31,531 bases of DNA from Gammaproteobacteria bacterium. Lineage in GTDB: Bacteria; Pseudomonadota; Gammaproteobacteria; Burkholderiales; Burkholderiaceae_E. The stretch is from assembly GCA_030425615.1 (NCBI GenBank), contig JAUIAI010000001.1, positions 1 to 31,531 of the forward strand, in the 5' to 3' direction. The translations under genes were made by a program, and so were the position numbers. Shown here in pieces: positions 1 to 6,774 of the stretch (position 1 is the stretch's first letter; each line of letters opens with the position of its first letter). Below the pieces are notes generated by a model. It had not been told where the DNA came from. It made no database searches and saw only the letters and a program-made list of their open reading frames with translations.

Positions 1-252
1 GTCCTCTGTCGTGAGATCCTCGAACGGAATACTGGTCGGCATGTCGATGTGAGACACGACCGACTTCGCCGCCTCCCTGAGCGCATCCACCGCGGCGCGG
101 TACTCGGCGGGGTCGGGGATGCCGGCGAGGGCGTTCGAGCACACCACGAGTCGGCTTTTGATCTGAACCGGGATTCCCTTCGCACTCTTGAAGTCATCCA
201 CGGTCCACGGCTCCCCGAAGCTCGCAGCCCTTCCCATCTTCGCTTCAGTCAT
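1..252 (-). CDS. Hypothetical phage protein, truncated by window edge (MTEAKMGRAASFGEPW...)
   Basis: Translated by hand. ATG at 250-252 overlaps the TGA of the upstream gene, and the frame is open to position 1. Absent from the ORF track because it has no stop in the window. Confidence 0.7.
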   Translation of the reverse strand, partial: MTEAKMGRAASFGEPWTVDDFKSAKGIPVQIKSRLVVCSNALAGIPDPAEYRAAVDALREAAKSVVSHIDMPTSIPFEDLTTED

Positions 253-538
253 CGCGGGACTCCTCTAGGGCGGGAAACCTCAGTGTCGAGAGGCCGCAGG
301 TGCAATGCTCACGTTCGCGTCTCGCCCCCGTCCAAGTGGGGCACACTTCGTGGCGGGAGAACTTGTCGTAATCCGCCAGCCTCTCGCGCAGGGAGGTGAT
401 CTCGGCAGCGCCACTGCTCAAGCGTTCAATGATCTCGTCAGCGACCGTGTGCCCTGCGTCACTGATCGGCTCCGTCAAGTCAATTCGATCGTTTCGCAGA
501 TCGTCGGCGAGTGACTCCATCCAGTGTTCAAGCACCAC
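245..538 (-). CDS. Hypothetical phage protein (97 aa) with C-terminal Cys/His cluster
   Basis: Tightly overlapping chain of minus-strand ORFs; shares the AxEIxSLRERL segment with its neighbour. Confidence 0.75.
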   Translation of the reverse strand: MVLEHWMESLADDLRNDRIDLTEPISDAGHTVADEIIERLSSGAAEITSLRERLADYDKFSRHEVCPTWTGARREREHCTCGLSTLRFPALEESRDD

Positions 539-924
539 TACTCGGCTCCCATTGCCCGGTCGATCGCTTCTTCATAGCTGTCGCCGGAAGCGATTCTTTT
601 TCGGTCGCGCAGACCGTTGTTCTCCAAGATCGGCCGATTAATCCACGCTCCGAGCGGGCCTTTTATTGCCTCGATTCCATCGCCGCGCTCTGCTTGCTTC
701 AGAACCCATGCGAGTCGGGCTTCAGCGCGTTCCGCCCGCTGCATCGCGCACACGTAGTCGCCGCACGCTTGGCCGTACAGATCCTTTGCACCTCCCAATC
801 GCTCGCGCAGGGAGGCGATCTCGGTGGCGGCTTCGTTCGCGAGCACCTGCACAGACGATCGGAACCCCGTCGATACTGCATCGCGGTCGCTGGCCTTGAT
901 CCGGTCGAGAATGTCTTCACCCAT
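538..924 (-). CDS. Hypothetical phage protein (128 aa, MGEDILDRIK...)
   Basis: Start moved to ATG 924 because a GGAGG Shine-Dalgarno lies upstream and it overlaps the previous stop by 8 bp. Confidence 0.75.
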   Translation of the reverse strand: MGEDILDRIKASDRDAVSTGFRSSVQVLANEAATEIASLRERLGGAKDLYGQACGDYVCAMQRAERAEARLAWVLKQAERGDGIEAIKGPLGAWINRPILENNGLRDRKRIASGDSYEEAIDRAMGAE

Positions 925-1165
925 CGCTCGGGCCTCCCGTGAATAGATCGGCGTCACTTCCGCCGGGCTCGTAGCCGTCGAGCTCGTGCATCGCTTCCTC
1001 GGCCTCGACCGCCTTGCGCTCCGACGACGCCGAGAACTTCGTCTCCTGCGACAGCACTTCCTCGAGGAGCCGATGGCCGATCTTCCGGGCTGCGCTCGCA
1101 GCGTCCGGCTCGTTCCATGCCGCGTAGCAGGCGGAGACGATCTGGTTCGGCGTGAGTTGGGCCAT
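917..1165 (-). CDS. Hypothetical phage protein (82 aa, MAQLTPNQIV...)
   Basis: ATG overlaps the TAA of the Sak gene (TAATG coupling); it is the C-terminal part of track ORF 917..1687. Confidence 0.7.
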   Translation of the reverse strand: MAQLTPNQIVSACYAAWNEPDAASAARKIGHRLLEEVLSQETKFSASSERKAVEAEEAMHELDGYEPGGSDADLFTGGPSDG

Positions 1166-1776
1166 TACGCCGCAGCCTCGCCCGGCTCGAATTCCTGAAT
1201 CGCCGAGAACAGATGCCCGTAGTTCTTGTCGTTCACCTCGCCCCACTTGAGCCCGAGAGACTCCAGGCAGAGCTTCGTGACCTCCTTCGCCGGGAGCGAG
1301 TCGTCGCCCAGCTCGGTCGATTTCATCTCCGCCGCGATCCGGAGCTTCTCGCGGTTCCCCTCGGAGAGCGTGGCTTTCGGCGGCGTGCTCTTCGCTCGCT
1401 GCTGCGGCACGTCCTCTCCCGCGTAGAGCGAGAACCCGAGGCCGAAGAGGGCGAGGCACTTCACGAGGCAGCGCATCCGGGTGTCGCTGATCTCGCGGGC
1501 ATCGGGGCGCTCGATCGCGTCGTTTCGGTGGTTCATCACCGGCAGCCACATGCGCCGCACGCAATCGCCGATCCGCACCTCGCACCAGACCGTCACCGAT
1601 CCGTCCGTCTCGACCTGGGGCTCGTGGTCGAACGTGGCCTCGGCTTCGGGGTAGTGCTCCATGAGCGTGCCCCATGCCCACGCCCACGAGAGGTAGGAGA
1701 GGTTCCCCTTCTTCTCAATGTGGTTCGATACGTCGACCGCCGAGAGCTTCTGCCAGATTTCGCCGTAGGTGCTCAT
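1165..1776 (-). CDS. sak: Single-strand annealing protein, DUF1071/Sak family
   Basis: Diagnostic motifs DVSNHIEKKGNLSYLSWAWAW, MWLPVMNHRN and RCLVKCLALFGLGFSLYAGED; GGAGG SD; adjacent to ssb. Confidence 0.9.
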   Translation of the reverse strand: MSTYGEIWQKLSAVDVSNHIEKKGNLSYLSWAWAWGTLMEHYPEAEATFDHEPQVETDGSVTVWCEVRIGDCVRRMWLPVMNHRNDAIERPDAREISDTRMRCLVKCLALFGLGFSLYAGEDVPQQRAKSTPPKATLSEGNREKLRIAAEMKSTELGDDSLPAKEVTKLCLESLGLKWGEVNDKNYGHLFSAIQEFEPGEAAA

Positions 1777-1788
1777 GCGCGCCTCCTA

Positions 1789-1977
1789 GAACGGATAGAT
1801 TGAGTGCCCCTCGACGCATTCCTGCGTGCGTTTGACGGGCGGGCCGCCCGAGTCCTTGTCTCACCAGAGATAGAGCGACGCTATTCGCCGATCACATTCA
1901 CGCGGAATCGAACCGCGCTCCCGTCGTCCCCGACCTCGACTAGCGACCGGGAGTCGAACCCGGCTTTTCCTTGTGTG
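1789..1977 (-). ncRNA. Putative structured intergenic RNA with two tRNA-like T-arm hairpins
   Basis: On the minus strand: CCGGG-TTCGACT-CCCGG (1947-1963) and CGCGG-TTCGATT-CCGCG (1901-1917), plus GNRA hairpins GTCG-GGGA-CGAC and ACGCA-GGAA-TGCGT. No convincing ORF. Confidence 0.4.
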
Positions 1978-2379
1978 TCAAAACGGGATTGAGTTTTCGT
2001 CGTCGGTCTCGGGACCGGAGGGGGCGGGGCCTCGTGAGGAAGCAGATGCGTCGCTTCCTCCACCGCCCCCACCGGCGAACGCGAGTTCCCGCACGTCCAC
2101 GTCGAGCGAAGTGCGAAGCTCGTCCTTCTTGCCCTTGTACTCGCGCGGCACAAGCTGGCCCGTCACGACCACCGACGTGCCCTTCGTGAGGTGCTCGACG
2201 AGAGCCTCGCCGCGCTTCCCCCAGATCGTGCAGTCGTACCAGACCGGGATTTCGTTCCGGCCCTTCCGCACGTTGGCGCAGATCGAGAAATTGCAGACCG
2301 AATCGCCTCCCGGCGTCGATCGCAGTTCGGCGTCCCTGCCGATGTTCCCGAACGCAGTCACTACGCTCATTCCAGCCAT
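1978..2379 (-). CDS. ssb: Single-stranded DNA-binding protein
   Basis: OB-fold motifs GNIGRDAELR, WYDCTIWGKRGE and KGTSVVVTGQL; Gly-rich linker; acidic tail ending DDENSIPF. Confidence 0.95.
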   Translation of the reverse strand: MAGMSVVTAFGNIGRDAELRSTPGGDSVCNFSICANVRKGRNEIPVWYDCTIWGKRGEALVEHLTKGTSVVVTGQLVPREYKGKKDELRTSLDVDVRELAFAGGGGGGSDASASSRGPAPSGPETDDENSIPF

Positions 2380-2583
2380 GTCGTACCTTTCTAAGTTCGC
2401 GCTCTCGCGCGTTAAATCGGGTGGCCCCGGCTCGCTAAAGGTCTAAGCCCCCTAGACGCCCCGCGATTGTTATGCCGGGTCAAGACTGCGTCACCCATAA
2501 CTCCAGTCTCGAAGCGGGCAGGTATCTCCCTGCATCGGGACCTTCCCGCCGCCGTCTCACCTCCCCGAACATCGGGGCGTGAT
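2380..2583 (-). ncRNA. Putative structured leader RNA upstream of ssb
   Basis: At least five hairpins in 200 nt, including CGCGC-GAGA-GCGCG (GNRA loop, 2398-2411). Confidence 0.3.
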
Positions 2584-2982
2584 CTAAAGCAGGCCCTTGA
2601 GCTGATCGAGCACGTATAGTCGCGGGGCGATGACGGCCTTGATCGCCTTCAGGCACGCAACGATGCCGAACACGGCGGGGAGCGCGGCGACCATTCCGCC
2701 CGTCGCCGCAGCAAACCACACGTCCGACTCGTCGAATTTGAGCGTCATATAGCCAGGATGCTTCTCACCGATTCGCCGATAGTTGCGGTACGCGGGCAGG
2801 AAGAAGAGCGGTACGATCGCGAAGCACAGGACGGCAACGATCAGGTTGCTCCAGAACCCCCATGCGAGGATCTCCTGCACGACGAGCGGCGCCTGCTCGG
2901 CGATGAACGCCGATCCCTGCTCCACGTACTGCATCACCGTGCCCACCGACTCGGTAAGCTTCTGTTCGAGATCTTCGTTCAT
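2584..2982 (-). CDS. Phage membrane protein (132 aa, two predicted TM segments)
   Basis: MNEDLEQKL...APLVVQEILAW...KAVIAPRLYVLDQL, with two hydrophobic stretches; ATGA-type overlap with the upstream gene. Confidence 0.8.
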   Translation of the reverse strand: MNEDLEQKLTESVGTVMQYVEQGSAFIAEQAPLVVQEILAWGFWSNLIVAVLCFAIVPLFFLPAYRNYRRIGEKHPGYMTLKFDESDVWFAAATGGMVAALPAVFGIVACLKAIKAVIAPRLYVLDQLKGLL

Positions 2983-3164
2983 TGCGAACCTCCGTTGACG
3001 TGAAAGATCCAGGCGCAGAGCAGCCCGAAGGCCATCACGCCGCCAATCGAGCAGCAGACGAGGAAGAACGCCGCCCGCAGCCCCGCGATCCGCTCGCGGT
3101 CCTCGTGCTGCATCCGCCGCTCGTGCGCGGCCAGCTCGTCGACTTGGCGCAGGTCGATGCTCAT
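2979..3164 (-). CDS. Small membrane protein (61 aa)
   Basis: MSIDLRQVDEL..., C-terminal hydrophobic helix, 4-bp overlaps at both ends. Confidence 0.7.
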   Translation of the reverse strand: MSIDLRQVDELAAHERRMQHEDRERIAGLRAAFFLVCCSIGGVMAFGLLCAWIFHVNGGSQ

Positions 3165-3349
3165 GACTTGACCTCGCTCGCATGGATCTCGCAAACCTCT
3201 GCGTCCTCGCACTCAGCCACGCAACTCCAGCAGAGGGAAACATCCGCGTCTTCTGCCGCCTTCTCGATGGCCTCTTCTTCCGTTTCGGCCTCGAACTCAC
3301 CGAGGTACTTTGATCCGACAACCTGCGCGTAGACTCGGAATCGCTTCAC
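3161..3349 (-). CDS. Small acidic hypothetical protein (62 aa, GTG start)
   Basis: VKRFRVYAQVVGSKYLGEFEAETEEEAIEKA...; GTGA overlap with the upstream stop. Confidence 0.75.
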   Translation of the reverse strand: MKRFRVYAQVVGSKYLGEFEAETEEEAIEKAAEDADVSLCWSCVAECEDAEVCEIHASEVKS

Positions 3350-3789
3350 GACCGATCCTCCGCCAGCCGCATCCCGCGCTCCTCGGCTTCGGCTTCCACG
3401 CGCGACTCGCACTCATCGCACAGCGCGTGGTCGGGGCGGGCGTACTGCTCCTCGCACGCGGGGCAGTTGAATTCCGAGTCCCAATCGCGGTTGAGCGAGT
3501 AGAGGATCGACTCCAGCACGTCGATCTCGTGGTCGTGCTTCTGCCGCAGCCGCTCGCGATCGTTCGCGTGCTCCGCGATGGCCCTGTCCGTCTGCCGTCG
3601 CGACTCCTCGAGCCGGGCGCGCAGCTCGTCGATCTGGCCGCGCAGCTCCGCCGTGGTCTGGTCGAACGACAGGAGCCGCGACCGGATGTCGTCGGCGCGG
3701 TCCGCGGTCATCGTCACCGGCTTGCGCGGGCCGCTCGGGGCGTCGCCGGGAAGGGCTACGTCGGCGGGGTGGGGCTGGGTGCTGGGCAT
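3346..3789 (-). CDS. Coiled-coil protein with C-terminal CxxC...CxxC zinc finger (147 aa)
   Basis: Heptad-like central region, then CPAC...CDEC; GAGGAG SD; first gene of the leftward operon. Confidence 0.8.
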   Translation of the reverse strand: MPSTQPHPADVALPGDAPSGPRKPVTMTADRADDIRSRLLSFDQTTAELRGQIDELRARLEESRRQTDRAIAEHANDRERLRQKHDHEIDVLESILYSLNRDWDSEFNCPACEEQYARPDHALCDECESRVEAEAEERGMRLAEDRS

Positions 3790-3828
3790 GTCGGGAATCT
3801 CCTCGGCGCTCCGTGCGCCATGCGGGTC

Positions 3829-3856
3829 ACTCTACAGGACTTCTCGGCGGGGTCAA
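3829..3856 (-). promoter_or_regulatory. Leftward sigma70-like early promoter (TTGACC-16-TAGAGT)
   Basis: Consensus-like -35 and -10 in the divergent intergenic gap. Confidence 0.55.
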
Positions 3857-3880
3857 CACTAAACTTTAAGATTTTCGCTG

Positions 3881-3910
3881 TTGACACAGATCGCAGGAAG
3901 CGGATAAGAT
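3881..3910 (+). promoter_or_regulatory. Rightward sigma70-like promoter (TTGACA-18-TAAGAT), probably leaderless
   Basis: Perfect -35 and near-consensus -10; the ATG lies 6 nt after the -10 with no SD. Confidence 0.65.
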
Positions 3911-3916
3911 CCCTGC

Positions 3917-4150
3917 ATGGACATCGACTCGTATCTCACGGCCAGGAACGAATCCGCTTCGCACTTTTCAAGGCGCGTCAGCCGCTTTAGGGACGTGTCT
4001 GCCGCCGCCATCATCAACATCCGGAACGGCACCGCGTCGCCCAGGATCGAGACGGCACAGGCGATCGTGCGGGCCTCCGAGGCTGAGCCTGCCCCTTGTG
4101 GGGGCACGATCTCCTACGAGGACCTTGCGCCTCGGGAGGAAGTCGCGTGA
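3917..4150 (+). CDS. Cro-like helix-turn-helix regulator (77 aa)
   Basis: HTH-like VSAAAIINIRNGTASPRIETAQAIVRAS and a GGTISYEDL tail typical of Cro/YdaS-like proteins; first gene after the divergent promoter. Confidence 0.75.
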   Translation: MDIDSYLTARNESASHFSRRVSRFRDVSAAAIINIRNGTASPRIETAQAIVRASEAEPAPCGGTISYEDLAPREEVA

Positions 4151-4590
4151 GCCGTCATGCCTGCGAGACGTGTGGGCTTGAGTACGAATACGACATTCGG
4201 ACTGCGCCGGAGACTGGGAACGTCGTTTACTGCGGAGCCTGTGTGGCCCCGTGGCTTAGATCTCAAAGGCTATCGGCTGCCCGAAGTCGCGCTTCACGTA
4301 AACGGTCAGTCGCGGTGCGAAAAGCGATTGATGCTGGCCGCATCGTTCGTTCAGAGAATTGCGAGAGGTGTGGAGCATCGGGACGGATAGAGGGCCACCA
4401 TTGGAGTTACGCTGACGAGCACGTTCTTGATGTCGAATGGCTATGCGTGTCATGCCACAGGAAACACCATTGGGATCATGGCCCCGCGAAGAACGATCCG
4501 TTGCCGTTGTCGCGGGCAGTTAGAAACCAAACATCCGGCCCGGTAGACCTGATCCCGAAGGACATGCCGACCGGCAACGAGGCGGCATGA
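4147..4590 (+). CDS. Zinc-finger / HNH-like protein (147 aa, GTG start)
   Basis: N-terminal CETC...CGAC; C-terminal CERCG..IEGHH..Y...LDVEWLCVSCHRKHH. Confidence 0.75.
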   Translation: MSRHACETCGLEYEYDIRTAPETGNVVYCGACVAPWLRSQRLSAARSRASRKRSVAVRKAIDAGRIVRSENCERCGASGRIEGHHWSYADEHVLDVEWLCVSCHRKHHWDHGPAKNDPLPLSRAVRNQTSGPVDLIPKDMPTGNEAA

Positions 4591-4645
4591 TGCGCCAGAT
4601 GCTTTCAGTTCGACCCGCCATGCGTGGGCGGGGGAGGGAGTCTGC

Positions 4646-4963
4646 ATGAGCGAATCGCAGCCGAGCCTACTGGTTTCGACGGGCAGGCTCTCGACGAGCC
4701 CCGAGAAGCTGAAGCGCGAGTTGATCTCCGCGCGGCGACTCAAGGCGGGCGCAGAAACCCGCTTGGTCGGCGCAGAGAACGCGCTGGCCTACGAGCGCCA
4801 GCACGGGACGCGCGCTTCAGTGATCCGCGCCGAGTGCGACGTGGCGAACGTCCACCGCACGCTCGATGGGCTCACCGAGGAGATCCGCGAACTCGAAGTG
4901 GAGCTCGCCGGCGAATGGGCGCCCGCATCGTGGGGCGCTGAAGGACGGTCGGCGGCTGGGTAG
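4646..4963 (+). CDS. Hypothetical coiled-coil protein (105 aa)
   Basis: GGGAG SD and helical composition. Confidence 0.7.
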   Translation: MSESQPSLLVSTGRLSTSPEKLKRELISARRLKAGAETRLVGAENALAYERQHGTRASVIRAECDVANVHRTLDGLTEEIRELEVELAGEWAPASWGAEGRSAAG

Positions 4964-5023
4964 CTGCCCCTCGGCCGGGCCGCAGCGGCTGACCAAACTG
5001 CGGCAACCATCGGAGGGGGTGGG

Positions 5024-5203
5024 ATGGACGAACGAGAGAATGTGAAGGACTCGCCGGAACGATTTGGCGGGGCAACGATCAGCCAAGTCGAGAATGGTTG
5101 GATCGTTGACATGCGGTCGGCGGGCAGACAGGTCACCACGGAAACCTACGTTTTCGAGACAGCCACTTCCCTCTGCGTGTTCCTCGCGAGGCGGATGTCA
5201 TGA
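5024..5203 (+). CDS. Hypothetical protein (59 aa, MDERENV...VENGWIVDM...YVFET)
   Basis: Translated by hand (below the track cut-off); GGAGG SD; ATGA overlap with the next gene. Confidence 0.7.
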   Translation: MDERENVKDSPERFGGATISQVENGWIVDMRSAGRQVTTETYVFETATSLCVFLARRMS

Positions 5204-5484
5204 GCGAGCAGCAGCCGCTCGGCGTGCCGTACCAGCGGCACTCGGCCACCAGTAGGGACGCGGCCATCCTCGTCTCAGAGAAGCCCACGAAGATCGTGCA
5301 GGATCGGCAGAAGATCCTCGCGATGGTCCGCCGCAGCGGGCCGATGACCGATCGCGAGATCCAGGCTGCGCTCGAGATGCCAGGTGACACCGAACGCCCT
5401 CGCCGGATCGAGCTCGTCCGCGCCGGCTGGCTCATCGACACCGGGGAGCGGCGTGATCGCTCGACCGTGTGGGGGTGCTCATGA
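5200..5484 (+). CDS. Winged-helix DNA-binding protein (94 aa)
   Basis: HSATSRDAA...GPMTDREIQAALEM..DTERPRRIELVRAGWL.DTGERR, a common phage wHTH pattern. Confidence 0.75.
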   Translation: MSEQQPLGVPYQRHSATSRDAAILVSEKPTKIVQDRQKILAMVRRSGPMTDREIQAALEMPGDTERPRRIELVRAGWLIDTGERRDRSTVWGCS

Positions 5485-5870
5485 CTCCCGAAGACGTGTG
5501 GCCCGAGGTCACCGAAGCGTTCGCCTTCTACGGCAAGAAGGTGCTGCCCCTCAAGGGGCCGAAGCGGCGCCGACTCATTCAGGCGCTGCTCGACGAAGGC
5601 TTTACCAGCGAGGATCTCGTCGCGATCGTTCACGGCTACGTCTGGCGTCACGATGGCCTCGGTGTGAATGCCGATGGCTGGGACCCGAAGGTGCATTTCA
5701 CGCCCGACTCTGTGTTCGTCATGGAGAAGGCGGAGGACCGGCTAGAACGGGGCCAGAGAGGCCCTTGGCTCAGCCGGGAGGAACAGGTCAAGGCGCGGCA
5801 GAAGGCGGCGCGTGAGCGTGTAGAGGCGGCCCGAGCGGCTCAATCGGGAGGGCACCTCAAAGCGGTCTGA
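5481..5870 (+). CDS. Protein resembling the conserved C-terminal domain of phage replication initiators (Phg_2220_C-like, 129 aa)
   Basis: LIQALLDEGFTSEDLVAIV...W...FTPDSVF...K.E.RL pattern; family call made by eye. Confidence 0.55.
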   Translation: MTPEDVWPEVTEAFAFYGKKVLPLKGPKRRRLIQALLDEGFTSEDLVAIVHGYVWRHDGLGVNADGWDPKVHFTPDSVFVMEKAEDRLERGQRGPWLSREEQVKARQKAARERVEAARAAQSGGHLKAV

Positions 5871-6070
5871 GATTCATGGAGTGCGCTGTCGGATAACGGC
5901 GGGGCGCACTCGTCACATAGCCTCGGTCCTGCCGGTAAGAATCGAGGCCACCGTGGGAACGCCACACAACCGGCAGCGCCAGAGTGAGACGGAAGAGGGC
6001 GCGTGGCAGCCAGGGCCTTCGTGGTGAAAGCAACTTCCGCAGGGATGCTCCGTTAGCCCCGGACTACCCA
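5871..6070 (+). ncRNA. Putative structured RNA with hairpin and pseudoknot(s)
   Basis: GAGTGCGC/GCGCACTC stem (5879-5911). GCCTCG/CGAGGC stem (5920-5948) whose loop CTGCCGGT pairs with ACCGGCAG (5969-5976). Confidence 0.35.
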
Positions 6071-6125
6071 CCCGGTTCTGCATGGTCAGGACTGGTAGGC
6101 CCGACTCTGCCCCGGAATGGCCGGG
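6071..6125 (+). repeat. Degenerate 5-nt-period NNNGG tract upstream of the RAMP gene
   Basis: 7 of 11 phased pentamers end in GG; the resulting triplets are GGT, GGT, GGA, GGT, GGA, GGC, GGA. Confidence 0.4.
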
Positions 6126-6183
6126 AACAGGAGAGGTCTACCCGGATGCGGTCAGAATAGAGAACAGGAGCAAGGGGAGAGAC

Positions 6184-6774
6184 ATGGAAGAAGTGAAGTT
6201 TCGGTTAGAGGGATTGGGTGCCCAATTGATGAAGAACGGCCAGATGGCCGATCGCTTCAACCCGTTCACGAAGAAGGTCGCGGAGTACGCGAAGCGGGCC
6301 TCGAAACTGACCGAGGATGAGGTCCTCGAGAAGTACAGATACGAATGGGAAGGTTCGCTTTACCGAAATCCGAAAACGGGCGCCGTTGGTTGGCCTGCGG
6401 AGAACGTGCTGCGTTGCCTCCAGGGAGGAGCGAAGCGGTTGAAGCTAGGGAGGAATATCGAGCGTGGCGTTGTCGAGTCGGAGGGATTTTTCGATCTCAC
6501 CTACGACGGCCCCAAGGATGTCGACGGGCTTTGGGAGGATGGCCGCTTTGTGGATGTCCGAAACGTGAACGCGAACCCTTCGGCTGCGAAGAAAAGCACC
6601 GTTCAGCGGTGTCGGCCGATCTTCCCTGAGTGGTCGCTAGGCGTGGCATTCATCGTCGACACACGCGAAATCAGCGTCGAAGACCTGGAGCAGTGTATGG
6701 AGTTGGCTGGGCTCTATATCGGGCTTTCCGACTATCGCCCGCGCTTTGGTCGCTTCCGCTCGGAGAAGCTGTGA
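6184..6774 (+). CDS. Stand-alone Cas7/RAMP-like protein (196 aa), candidate Vipr-type RNA-guided effector
   Basis: RAMP-like architecture by eye: N-terminal strand VKFRLEGLGAQLMKN, WPAENVLRCLQGGAK (like IPGSSLKGALR), RCRPIFPEWSLGVAFIVD, and C-terminal Gly loop AGLYIGLSDYRPRFGRF. GGGGAG SD before ATG 6184. No other cas genes nearby. Confidence 0.8.
   Translation: MEEVKFRLEGLGAQLMKNGQMADRFNPFTKKVAEYAKRASKLTEDEVLEKYRYEWEGSLYRNPKTGAVGWPAENVLRCLQGGAKRLKLGRNIERGVVESEGFFDLTYDGPKDVDGLWEDGRFVDVRNVNANPSAAKKSTVQRCRPIFPEWSLGVAFIVDTREISVEDLEQCMELAGLYIGLSDYRPRFGRFRSEKL

Noticed and set aside
1901-1963. tRNA genes
   Set aside because: Only T-arms are present; no matching acceptor stem, D-arm or anticodon arm could be built at the expected spacing.
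5920-5976. HDV-like/theta or hammerhead ribozyme
   Set aside because: The pseudoknot topology is reminiscent, but there is no P3/L3 element and no CUGAUGA/GAAA core. Kept only as a generic structured RNA.
6082-6183. Track start (ATG 6082) for the RAMP-like gene
   Set aside because: The extension is low-complexity and runs through the GG-phased tract; ATG 6184 has a GGGGAG SD and begins at the first RAMP strand.
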